Source of the DNA: Alphaproteobacteria bacterium
GTDB lineage: Bacteria; Pseudomonadota; Alphaproteobacteria; UBA828
NCBI GenBank assembly: GCA_965243375.1
Contig: CBDEUT010000006.1
Location: 64,131 to 128,130 of the forward strand
Length of the DNA stretch: 64,000 nucleotides
Reading direction: 5' to 3'
In this document: positions 53,658 to 62,574 of the stretch, in pieces
How positions within the stretch are numbered: the stretch's first letter is position 1
How the letters are laid out: each line of letters starts with the position of its first letter
Notes under the pieces: model-generated
Told to the model about the DNA's origin: nothing
Seen by the model: the letters and a program-made list of their open reading frames with translations, nothing else
The model's database searches: none
Translations under genes and position numbers: made by a program

Positions 53658-54556
53658 CACGCCGCCTCCCGCTGAGCCTGGGTGCCGTCCCCGAAGTAGC
53701 CGGCGAACTGCTGCGCGAGGGCATCGGCATCGCGCTTCACCTGGCGGCGGACGTTGGGGTCGAAGCCGGGCGAGGGCCGCAGCGTCTCGGGATCGGCGCT
53801 CGCGATCCGGTCCTTCACCTCCTGGCACAGCATCGCGAGCCGGTGGTCCCCGAAAATGTTGAGGCGGGGCACCACGTCCACCAGCTCGCGGATGTTCGAG
53901 ATCATGGAGTCCCGGAACACCAGCGGCTTGCCGTCGTCGCCTGACTGGAGGCGCTCGGAGACTCGCTCTACGGCCTCGCCGAGGCGCCGGTAGAGGTCGC
54001 CGACGGCGTCGTGCAGCTTCTCCTCGACCTGGCTCTCGATGTCGCGCTTGACGCGGTCGGTGTCGTGGGCCGCGAGCTGCGCCATGAAGTGATCCGCGTC
54101 CGGCACCGGCGTTATGCGGTAGCGGACGGAGAACTTGCCTTGCAGCGCCTCCTTCGAGGGGTAGTCGTCGATGCGGAAGAGCCGGCCGAGGTCGAGCCGG
54201 GCCTGGTCGACGTTGTCGTCGTAGTCCTCGATGAAGCGGGCGCGCTCGCGCACCATGCGCTCCTGAAGGCCGTCCATGAGCTCCGTGTAGCGCTCGTAGT
54301 TGGAGACCGTCAGCAGCCGCGCGCCCTTGTCGTCCCAGGGAAGCGACTGCTCGTAGTGCGTGCTCCTGCATGCGCTCACGGTGGCGGTAAGCGCGGCGAA
54401 GGCGGCCTTGGGCAGCAGGCGCTTGTTGTACCTGCCGGCGCTGGCCGCGGCGTCGTGGTGGACGGCGACGTGGTTGGAGGCCTCGCGGTCGTAGAGCCGG
54501 CCGGACCAGGCGGTGATCCGCAAGGAGACCAGCATCGCGTCGCGGGTGAGGTTCAT
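53657..54556 (-). CDS. hypothetical protein (DUF) in MoxR-VWA operon
   Basis: 299 aa. Stop overlaps the start of the VWA gene. Confidence 0.45.
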   Translation of the reverse strand: MNLTRDAMLVSLRITAWSGRLYDREASNHVAVHHDAAASAGRYNKRLLPKAAFAALTATVSACRSTHYEQSLPWDDKGARLLTVSNYERYTELMDGLQERMVRERARFIEDYDDNVDQARLDLGRLFRIDDYPSKEALQGKFSVRYRITPVPDADHFMAQLAAHDTDRVKRDIESQVEEKLHDAVGDLYRRLGEAVERVSERLQSGDDGKPLVFRDSMISNIRELVDVVPRLNIFGDHRLAMLCQEVKDRIASADPETLRPSPGFDPNVRRQVKRDADALAQQFAGYFGDGTQAQREAA

Positions 54557-54635
54557 CGTGTGTCCTTTCGTGATGGGTCGACGTCGGACGCCACGCGGCC
54601 GCTATCGGCGCGGTGCACCCGACTGGACGGCGGTG

Positions 54636-54860
54636 TCACCAGTCGCAGGTGTCGAGGAAGCGGAAGCGCCCGTCCTGGCAGAGCCAGGTCGAGGAGACGC
54701 TGCGGCCTCGGTAGGTGTCGCGGCGGACGACGTTGAGCCCGCCCGCGAAGGTGTCCGGCACCACCTTCGGAAAGCGCGCCGTGCGGCATTCCCCGGCGGC
54801 CTCGGCGGCTGCCTCGCGGTCGGGGAAGATGCGCAGGCGGTTGTCGTGTGGCTTGGGCAT
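54636..54860 (-). CDS. small hypothetical protein
   Basis: 74 aa, lies between the AAA+ and DUF genes. Confidence 0.3.
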   Translation of the reverse strand: MPKPHDNRLRIFPDREAAAEAAGECRTARFPKVVPDTFAGGLNVVRRDTYRGRSVSSTWLCQDGRFRFLDTCDW

Positions 54861-54873
54861 GATGCGTCCCCGG

Positions 54874-55899
54874 TCACTGCGTCCGGGCGGCGGCCCAGCG
54901 AATGAAGGCGTCGGTGTGCTGGAGGTCGGGCTCGCGGCGGATGCACGAGCCCACCAGGAACTCCCCCACCTCGCGCCTGAGCCTCATGGCGTAAGAGACG
55001 ATCGAGCTGAGGTTGACGTCGTTGGCCATGCGGTAGAGCGAGCCGCAGAGCGCGAGCAGCGCGCTCGCATTCTCGGGCACGGCGGCGTTCTCCGGATCGT
55101 CGATGACGGCCTTGGGGTGGGGCAGCTCGCGCCAGATCTTGAGGAAGGCTGCGAACTCGACGGCAGCGGCCTCGCCCACGGTGCCCTGGAAGAGCGAGCG
55201 CTCGAGGTTGGCGTCTAGCCCTGAGCGCCGGTGCACGATGTTGGACGCTATCTCCCAGCTCCGGGGCGTCGGGAACGCCTTCTCGCTCGACTGGGGGTCG
55301 AACTGGTACAGCAGGTCCTGGTCGTACTGGATGAAGAACAGCACCTCGGGGGCGATTCCGTTCGCCGCGCCCCAGGCCAGCCAGTCCTGGGCGTCCGTCC
55401 GGAGCTCGAGGTGGACGAAGCGGTTGGCGAGAGGAGTCGGCATGCGGTGGACGACGCCGCGGTCGTTCTCGCGGTTGCTGCAGGCGATGATCGAGGCGCC
55501 CTCGGGCAGCGTGTACTCCCCGCATTTCCGTTCCAGGGTGAGCTGGTAGAGCGCGGCCTGGACCATGGGCACGCAGGAGGCGAGCTCCTCCAGGTTGAGG
55601 AGCCAGCGTGCCGTGCTGTCGGTGGGCGGCAGGAACGAAGGCGGCGCCCACCTGGTGCGGCCGTGCTCGTCGCGCCAGGGGATGCCCCTGAGATCGACGG
55701 GATCGAGGAGGAGCGCCCGGATGTCGACGTAGCGGTAGCCGTCCTCGCTGGCCACCTGCTGCGCGATCTGGCTCTTGCCGCAGCCGGGCGGACTCCAGAC
55801 GATCACGGGCTGCCTGGCCTCGACCAGGACCTTGAGGGTGGCGGCCAGCTCGGCGGGGCGAATCGTGTAGTCGGCGGAGATGGTGTCGGGATCGGTCAT
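54874..55899 (-). CDS. MoxR/CbbQ-like AAA_5 ATPase
   Basis: PVIVWSPPGCGKSQIAQQVA (Walker A), ...LLNLEELASC... (Walker B region), 341 aa. Confidence 0.75.
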   Translation of the reverse strand: MTDPDTISADYTIRPAELAATLKVLVEARQPVIVWSPPGCGKSQIAQQVASEDGYRYVDIRALLLDPVDLRGIPWRDEHGRTRWAPPSFLPPTDSTARWLLNLEELASCVPMVQAALYQLTLERKCGEYTLPEGASIIACSNRENDRGVVHRMPTPLANRFVHLELRTDAQDWLAWGAANGIAPEVLFFIQYDQDLLYQFDPQSSEKAFPTPRSWEIASNIVHRRSGLDANLERSLFQGTVGEAAAVEFAAFLKIWRELPHPKAVIDDPENAAVPENASALLALCGSLYRMANDVNLSSIVSYAMRLRREVGEFLVGSCIRREPDLQHTDAFIRWAAARTQ

Positions 55900-56034
55900 G
55901 GGCGCCTCCGGATGGCAGGAAGACGGCGCGGACATCTCTCGTCGTCCGGCCTCACCCAGGCCCGAGCGTCACATTCCTCCTGGCGCCTGGGTGCAACCGG
56001 CGAGCTGGTTCAGGCGAAGGTGGCGGACAGCCGG

Positions 56035-56610
56035 TCAGGCGCTCTGCGGCGGCGCAGGCGGCGCGGTGACGGTTTCGGACAGGCGGCCGACGCGGATGCG
56101 GCCGGCCCAGGCGCCGGAGAGGCAGGCCGAGTCGGCTTCGCGAAGGTGCTGCCGCAGTTCCATCCAGAGCCGGCCGAGGACGTTGTTGCCCTCGTAGCGG
56201 TCGCCGACGGGCCGTGCGCCCCACCAGGTGTCGCGGGTCGAGACCTCGACGATGGGGCGCTCGCCTGTCGCGGCGAGCAGCGCGTCGATCTCGTCCCGGT
56301 TCGCCTCGCGCTTCATGCGCAGCACCCAGCGCATGACGTCCACGCGCTGCGCGTTCCAGCCGGGGTGGATGCCGAGACCGGGGGTGCGGCCGATGACGGC
56401 TGCTTGCCGCGCTGTCGGGGCTGCGGCGATGCGTTGCTGGACATCGGGGTGCGACGGGAACTTGCAGGCCTGGTAGGCGGCCTCGGAGGTGCCGAACGAC
56501 CACGGGCCGGCCAGGATCGGGACGGCGAGCGGCTGGAAGTTGCTGAGGGCGCCCCACGTCGCTTTGGTGAAGCGAAAAGCGCAGGCCCGGTCTCTCGAGT
56601 AGACGCGCAT
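56035..56610 (-). CDS. NADAR (YbiA/DUF1768) domain protein
   Basis: MRVYSRDRACAFRFTKATWGALSNFQPLAVPILAGPWSFGTSEAAYQACKF...WNAQRVDVMRWVLRMK matches the NADAR consensus. Confidence 0.6.
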   Translation of the reverse strand: MRVYSRDRACAFRFTKATWGALSNFQPLAVPILAGPWSFGTSEAAYQACKFPSHPDVQQRIAAAPTARQAAVIGRTPGLGIHPGWNAQRVDVMRWVLRMKREANRDEIDALLAATGERPIVEVSTRDTWWGARPVGDRYEGNNVLGRLWMELRQHLREADSACLSGAWAGRIRVGRLSETVTAPPAPPQSA

Positions 56611-56862
56611 GGGTTCTTCCCTCTCGGGCAGCTGCCTCCGCGGCGGGGGACTCGCTCCCCTGTCGCGGGCTTGCCCCTCCCGGTCCCGACTATTCCTCCT
56701 GGCGCCGGGAATGCTCGCCGACGGCGTTGGAAGCCCAGGTGCTGCGGCGCCGGGACGGACCGTGGGACTTGCCGCGAAACGGCGGGTTATGCTCGCAGGC
56801 GTGAAGCGGCGGCGGCCGTGGGGCTGCGGCGAGAAAGCCGCGCGACGGGAGGGAGCGGGCAC

Positions 56863-58047
56863 ATGAACAAGGCGGCAATCGTCTCCCGCGTGGCCAAGCG
56901 GATGAAGCTGGACAAGTTCACCGCGGAAGGAGCGGTCGATACCGTTCTGGACGCGATCGCCGAGGGACTCGCGAAGGAAGAGGACGTGCGGATCGCGGGG
57001 TTCGGCACCTTCAGGACAAAGCACCGCGCTGCGAGGACGGGCAGGAATCCGAAGACGGGTGAGAGCGTGCAGATACCGGCCTCGAAGATACCGTCCTTCA
57101 AGGCGGCAAATGGTCTCAGGGAGGCGGTGAAGCGGGGCTGGCAACCGGAAGCGGCGCAGCGGGCGGACGACAGCGACGGCGAGCCCGGCAGGGCAGCCGC
57201 GATGCTGGAGATGTCGCACTGGCCGGGCGGCGTCGAGCCGGTGTGGACGGTGCTGGAGCCGGAGAGCATGGAGGCGCTGCGGGCGGAACCGGCGGCGGAC
57301 AACCCGACGCTGCGGCTTGCGGCAGACCTTCCGGACGAAGCGTTGGGAGAAGCGGCGTTTGTGCGCAATGCCCTGATCGCGCTGGAGCTGATCGGAAACG
57401 AGTTCTTGCCGAGCCTCACCGAGAAGGGGCGTTTCGGACGCGACATGGTCGCGTCGATGCGCGAGGCGATGACCTGGCCGGGGATGGAGGCCACCGAGCA
57501 GTACCGCGCGGGAAAGGCGCTCCGCGAGGGCGACATATGGGAACTTCATCTGCTGCATCGGCTGATGGAGCTGGCCGGGCTCATCGAGGGGTATGCGTTC
57601 CTGGGTCAGTTGACCTCTCTGGCGCACGAGATGCGCGAACCCGGACGACTGGGCGCTCTCCAGGCGGTGCTGTTCAGACACCTCTTCTGGCGCGCGGATC
57701 TCTCGGACTTTGTGGAGACGTTTCCCAGAGGGCTGCCGGGGCGGTGGCCGCAGGACGATATCGGGGTCATTCTCTGGAGACTCTCCAAGGTGGCCGGCGA
57801 GTGGCAGAGCGTGGATACGCTCAGGACGTTGACCACGGTTCGCGACGAGGCGGTCGCGAAGATGCACTGGAATGCGGAGGGTTCGATGTTCGCAGGCCGC
57901 GTTCTGGGACCGTTGCGCTGGTTCGGGCTTCTCGAATACCGGGGGCCTCCCGAAGGGGCGGAGGTGGGCTGGCGCAAGACCGCGCTGTTCGACCGCTTCC
58001 TGTCGTTCGATGTCCGGTTCACGGACGGCCGCGCCGGTGGGCACTGA
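56863..58047 (+). CDS. HU/IHF-like DNA-binding domain fused to a roughly 300-aa C-terminal domain of unknown function
   Basis: N-terminal MNKAAIVSRVAKRMKLDKFTAEGAVDTVLDAIAEGLAKEEDVRIAGFGTFRTKHRAARTGRNPKTGESVQIPASKIPSFKA is a complete HU-family fold. It is followed by 300 residues with no recognised domain. Confidence 0.65.
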   Translation: MNKAAIVSRVAKRMKLDKFTAEGAVDTVLDAIAEGLAKEEDVRIAGFGTFRTKHRAARTGRNPKTGESVQIPASKIPSFKAANGLREAVKRGWQPEAAQRADDSDGEPGRAAAMLEMSHWPGGVEPVWTVLEPESMEALRAEPAADNPTLRLAADLPDEALGEAAFVRNALIALELIGNEFLPSLTEKGRFGRDMVASMREAMTWPGMEATEQYRAGKALREGDIWELHLLHRLMELAGLIEGYAFLGQLTSLAHEMREPGRLGALQAVLFRHLFWRADLSDFVETFPRGLPGRWPQDDIGVILWRLSKVAGEWQSVDTLRTLTTVRDEAVAKMHWNAEGSMFAGRVLGPLRWFGLLEYRGPPEGAEVGWRKTALFDRFLSFDVRFTDGRAGGH

Positions 58048-58219
58048 CGGGGATGTCGCGGGCGCTGCGGGGGTAAGCGAGAGGGTTGGCGAGAGCGGGA
58101 AACCGAACCGCGAGGCGCAGGACGCGAGCCGATCAAGTGTGCGCGTCCTGGGTGGAATGCCGGACCGTCGTCGGCGGCCGGTCTCGTTGCCGTGTAGGCG
58201 TTGAGGCGGGGAGTGGCGA

Positions 58220-58684
58220 GTGCTGGTCATCGATCGAACGCTGTTCACCATGGCCTTCGGTCGGGACGTGGACTTCCACGATTCGTATCCCCAATCGACC
58301 TTCCTCGACCGGCGCACGGGCGTGTTGATCTGGCTGTACGAGGACGATGAGGACGCCTACGCGGAAGCCGGGATACCGGCCGAGATGAACAGACAGGGCT
58401 GCGAACGCGTCGCGGCGGATCCCGAACGCTACCTGGAGATTCCCGGCTTCGATCACGGCGAACACCACCAGATCCTCCGGCAGTTCCTGCGTTCGGACTG
58501 GACTGGCGATGATGCGCGTTGGCGCCGTGCGGAGGCGGCGTATTCGGGCTCGATCGGGAAATGGAAGCGGGATGTGCGCGACGAAGGGGCTGTGCATGCC
58601 TTCTATGATTTCCAGGAAAAGCGCATAGCGGAGCTGGCGGAAGAATTCCTGCGGGAGAACGGAATAATCCCGGCATGGAAGTGA
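58220..58684 (+). CDS. hypothetical protein
   Basis: 154-aa ORF. Confidence 0.4.
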   Translation: MLVIDRTLFTMAFGRDVDFHDSYPQSTFLDRRTGVLIWLYEDDEDAYAEAGIPAEMNRQGCERVAADPERYLEIPGFDHGEHHQILRQFLRSDWTGDDARWRRAEAAYSGSIGKWKRDVRDEGAVHAFYDFQEKRIAELAEEFLRENGIIPAWK

Positions 58685-58754
58685 TCGTCGGGAGACGGCC
58701 CTCCCCGCGACGGTTTCTCGCGAGTGCCCTGCGCCGGGTTGCGGTCCCTGTGTC

Positions 58755-60197
58755 TCAGGCAACCAGGTCCCAGAAAGACGGTTGGCGAGCGTATTCGCGC
58801 CTGAGCCGGGCTTCGTAGGCTTGGTGGGTCTCGAAGGCTCCGAAATCCTGGATGGCCGGGGACAGGCTGGAACATTCCAGCAGGTGGCGGGCCGCATGCT
58901 TGTAGCGGGCAGACTCTCGCTCGCTGAGCGTGAAGTGGATCATGGACCGCAGGACCAGGGTCGCGGCAAGCGGATGTCTGGCCGCCAGGGCGTCGGCCGC
59001 GGGGATCAATACCTCATGGAACGCGCCCGCGAGGTCTCCCGCCTCTTCGATCACCAACGCGGCGGCCCTGTCCAGGGCCGGCCAGGACACGAGGAACGAC
59101 AGCGCGGTTAGCCGGTTGTCGAAGCCCTGGGCGTGGTCGAGAGCCCTTTCTTCGGCCTCGATGTCGTCGAAGTCGGGAAATCTCTTCAAGTATGCCCGGA
59201 GATGGGGCGCCGACAGAGAGTGCTCGAAACAGCTCCACCTGAGCTCCTGGGCCTGATCCGATCGTCCGAGCGCGTCCAGGGCATCGATCCGGGCGTCTTC
59301 CAACTTGTAGTCGAGCCAGGCGGGATTGACGCCTTCATCGTACTCGGCCGCTTCCGTGACCTTCAGGGCCTCCTCCGCCCGTCCGGCCGCCAGGAGCCTG
59401 CGAGCAATGCCGGTGGCGACCTTGGGGCGTTTCATATCGTCGTCGTCATGCTGGAGGATGAAGGAATCAACGTCGCCCTGGGCATCGGCGATATCCTTCA
59501 ATGCGGCGCTTGCGATGCGGAGCCGCCTGCGGTCTGCGGTCTGTTCTTCGTCGGCCATCTCCGAGAATGGCCAGGGTGTCCTCGGCCGGTGCGCTTCGGG
59601 CAGCTCTGCAAGGGGCGTGTTGGAGAGCTCGATAATCCGCTGCTTCAGCCGTTCCAGGCCTTGCGGGCCCAAGGCCGGCGTCAGAGTCCCGATGAGACCG
59701 TCGTACTGCCCGTGGGCGTTCTGAGTGAGCGCCTCCAACGCCCGGTCGGCCAGCTCGTGCGGATCGGGCCTGGTGGCACAGGCGATGTCGCCGACGTCGG
59801 CGGCGGCGCGAAACACGTCGACGACCGAGCCGGCATAGTCATGGCAGCGGTCCAGGGTCGAGTTCGCTATCCCCATGTACTGCCACATCAGGTCGAGAGC
59901 CTCGGTGGCATCCTCCGGGCCGATGCGTCGAACGATGATCTTTCGGAGGACTTGCAACTCGTCGTCCAGCTCCCGGATCTTCTGCAAGTCGAGGCTCCCG
60001 CGCGACCGGCCGATCGTCGCCAGCCTATGCCGCACTTCCCTGGCAAGCTCGGCCGTGCCTTCCGCGCCCGCCAGCTCGAGCCGGAGCAAGCGCCTGGCCC
60101 CGCTCTTGCCCGTGCTGATTTCGATCAGCAGCTCGGCCAGGCGCTCCGCTCCGAGAGCCTCCAGGTTCCTGGCGTTGAGAGCTTTCTTCGATGCCAT
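58755..60197 (-). CDS. hypothetical protein, 480 aa, alpha-helical
   Basis: Long ORF from MASKKALNARNLEALGAERLAELLIE... No family recognised. Confidence 0.5.
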   Translation of the reverse strand: MASKKALNARNLEALGAERLAELLIEISTGKSGARRLLRLELAGAEGTAELAREVRHRLATIGRSRGSLDLQKIRELDDELQVLRKIIVRRIGPEDATEALDLMWQYMGIANSTLDRCHDYAGSVVDVFRAAADVGDIACATRPDPHELADRALEALTQNAHGQYDGLIGTLTPALGPQGLERLKQRIIELSNTPLAELPEAHRPRTPWPFSEMADEEQTADRRRLRIASAALKDIADAQGDVDSFILQHDDDDMKRPKVATGIARRLLAAGRAEEALKVTEAAEYDEGVNPAWLDYKLEDARIDALDALGRSDQAQELRWSCFEHSLSAPHLRAYLKRFPDFDDIEAEERALDHAQGFDNRLTALSFLVSWPALDRAAALVIEEAGDLAGAFHEVLIPAADALAARHPLAATLVLRSMIHFTLSERESARYKHAARHLLECSSLSPAIQDFGAFETHQAYEARLRREYARQPSFWDLVA

Positions 60198-60648
60198 ATC
60201 GCAGCCGGGCCGCATTGCCGTGTGGATGACGATGACCTTGATCCGTTGTTCCACATCGCGCAATAGAGGCCATGCTCGTCGGCGGTTCCCGGGCAATTCG
60301 GGGCCCAGACAGGGCGCGTGACGGGGACTGCGGCGTCATGATCGGCAGTGCCAGCGTCACTGCCCGGAATGACTGCTGCCGCAAGCACCTTGACCGGGCC
60401 GGCAAATGTAAGGGTTCGCTCACGACAACAATCCAAGGTGAGCCAATGTGGGGCACAGTGATCGCTCGCTGGGATCCTGAATCGGTAGAGACTCAGTCGT
60501 TGCAGGACGGAATGTCGGCACTTCCGCTTGCCGGAATCGCTCCCCACGCCCCCGGCCAAACCATGAGGCTGCGGGGCCGGGGGTGTCGGGTCACGGAGCA
60601 GAACGCGGGTTGGTTTGGACTGAACTCTGTTGGGCACCCCAACGCCGC

Positions 60649-61146
60649 TTACTTTATCATGGAGAAGATGATCGCCGGCACCAGCGGCTCGCCGGCGGGC
60701 TGAATCGCCTCGATGCAGATGTTCGCCTCGGGGTTGCTGGCAGACATCATGACTTCCAGCATGTCACCCGCCTCCATGGGAACGATGCCCTGGGAGATGA
60801 TGACGTCCTTGGCCATGCTGCCTTCGTCCTGACAAAGCTGGACATTCGAGTTGGCCACGTCTGCTCCGTTGATGCGAAGCCACAGGTCGAAGCACCCGTA
60901 AGGCCCGCCGCCTTCGCGACCGACCTGGGGAGCGGCGACGATCAGATAAGGCCCGGATTCGCCGACGGTGATCTGATTGTTAGCGAGCGTGACGCCTTCC
61001 GCCGCGTCGACGATATCCATCTCGACCAGCGTTGGCGTGGTGCCCGGGCACTGCGTCACGGACGAGGACGCCTGCAGGTACTGCGCAGCGTTCCCTACGC
61101 TCGCCGACGTGACGAGAACGACCAGTGTAAGTACGAGTTTCTTCAT
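60649..61146 (-). CDS. secreted hypothetical protein (signal peptide), lower GC
   Basis: MKKLVLTLVVLVTSASVGNAAQ signal peptide. GGAGGACTGAAAC Shine-Dalgarno before the ATG. Confidence 0.6.
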   Translation of the reverse strand: MKKLVLTLVVLVTSASVGNAAQYLQASSSVTQCPGTTPTLVEMDIVDAAEGVTLANNQITVGESGPYLIVAAPQVGREGGGPYGCFDLWLRINGADVANSNVQLCQDEGSMAKDVIISQGIVPMEAGDMLEVMMSASNPEANICIEAIQPAGEPLVPAIIFSMIK

Positions 61147-61323
61147 GTTTCAGTCCTCCAAGTTTTGCCCAGCTCCTGTTTGTTGTTGGCGTGGCCTGGC
61201 TGCCAGGCGGTGCGGGCGGAAAGGCTCTCCTTTGGGCTGGCCATTGTTTCGTACACCGAGCTAAAATTTCGCATCGTCCTCCCAGACGCCCGGCCTCTCT
61301 GCCAGAGAGACCGTTGATGATCG

Positions 61324-61578
61324 TCAGCGGCAGGTCACCACGAACTGAACCTGCGTGCACTCATGATCAAGGCAAGAGCGTGTAACAGGCGTCGTCGGGC
61401 CTCGGGCGTAGCGGGAGCACGCCCTTGCGGCAGCGTCGAGCACATCCGCGTAAGGTGTGTTCGGCGTACCTTGGATCACCGCTTTGTCCTCAGAGGCGTC
61501 GGTCATTACGGCGGGCTCTGGTGATGGCGCGCAGCCCACTGCTGTGCCTAGCATGAGAACGGCTATGACTGATCGCAT
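61324..61578 (-). CDS. small putative lipoprotein
   Basis: MRSVIAVLMLGTAVGCAPSP lipobox-like signal. Confidence 0.4.
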   Translation of the reverse strand: MRSVIAVLMLGTAVGCAPSPEPAVMTDASEDKAVIQGTPNTPYADVLDAAARACSRYARGPTTPVTRSCLDHECTQVQFVVTCR

Positions 61579-61907
61579 GGGCCAAATCACCTCTTCAGGC
61601 TCGTATTCAACAATTCGCCTCACGCAGATAGCCGATGAAGGCGAGAGCCTTAGTTGCGGCAGTCTCGCCGGGAAGCGCTCCGCCCCGAACGACGTGTGCC
61701 GGTACGCTCATGAATCGCCCTCGACGGAAATCCTGCCTTCGATCTTTCGTGGGCTGGTTCACCGTGAAACTTTAGCGAAATCACGTTGGCGGCTCCTTCG
61801 TCACCGAATGAGCGAACGGATACTCCCAGGGGCTGCCCATCAGGGAGCCGCAGCGCTCGCTCGGTCTCGCAGGTCAGGAAATTCGACCCGACCCCACCGA
61901 AAGCCCA

Positions 61908-62375
61908 TCAGTTATCGTGGGCAGACTCAGCATGCGCTCCGAACGAGCCGGCTAAACCGTTCGTGCCGTTGGTGGAGCCGAAGGCGCCGGCGATCGATGT
62001 CGGATGATCGCCGGGCTCTTCGCCGTTGCCGTAAAACACGCCGCTCCAGTGGCCCTGCCAGTCTTCTCCGTTTACGCTCGCAGAGGTTATGCCGTCGATC
62101 CATCCCCCCGGATCGGCCTCGGAAGAACCCGCATAATCCCTGTCAAAGATATTGGTGTCACCCTGCTGAACTCCGAAGTCCCGCGCGCGCGACTCGTATA
62201 TGTCCCGGGTCAATTCCACCGACGTCGGAAATGCGGAGGCTACGTCGCGACCGAAGTTGAACCCGGATACTTCGCCCCAAACCGTACCCATCTCGCTCAT
62301 CGTGCCGAAGTCGGCCGTCAATGCCACTTGGGCGGTGAACTCTCCGATGACCGGGTCATCGCCCGATCGTTCCAT
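61908..62375 (-). CDS. hypothetical protein located immediately beside the integrase-module junction core
   Basis: ATG at 62373-62375 (MERSGDDPVIGEF...). The six-frame track extended it to a GTG at 62384 inside the repeat boundary. Confidence 0.4.
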   Translation of the reverse strand: MERSGDDPVIGEFTAQVALTADFGTMSEMGTVWGEVSGFNFGRDVASAFPTSVELTRDIYESRARDFGVQQGDTNIFDRDYAGSSEADPGGWIDGITSASVNGEDWQGHWSGVFYGNGEEPGDHPTSIAGAFGSTNGTNGLAGSFGAHAESAHDN

Positions 62376-62574
62376 GTAGTACACACCTGCCGCCCGTACC
62401 GCGCAATTTCTGCCTGGTCTCGCCGATGCATGGATGGAGAGAAAGTTCCGTAGTTAGAGCGGGTTAGGGTACACCCTGTCTCTTCCGGCCCCGTGGCTTG
62501 CCTGTGCAATCGCCGCCGCGGCCGCTTCCTATATTGACCCGCTGCCGCGCGGCCCCTGACTAAGGAGCCGCCAC

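Noticed and set aside
55231-56860. N-terminal two-thirds of the 938-aa plus-strand ORF, and the upstream part of the 760-aa minus-strand ORF 56611-58317
   Set aside because: Only the C-terminal 394 aa (from ATG 56863, HU-like) of the plus ORF and the last 192 aa (NADAR) of the minus ORF show protein-like sequence and sensible starts. The remainder overlaps real genes on the opposite strand.
61908-62384. Gene 61908-62384 as 5'-truncated by the integrase module
   Set aside because: A proper ATG at 62373-62375 gives a complete N-terminus. The GTG at 62384 chosen by the ORF track lies in the repeat core. The gene is probably intact, with the module inserted just upstream.
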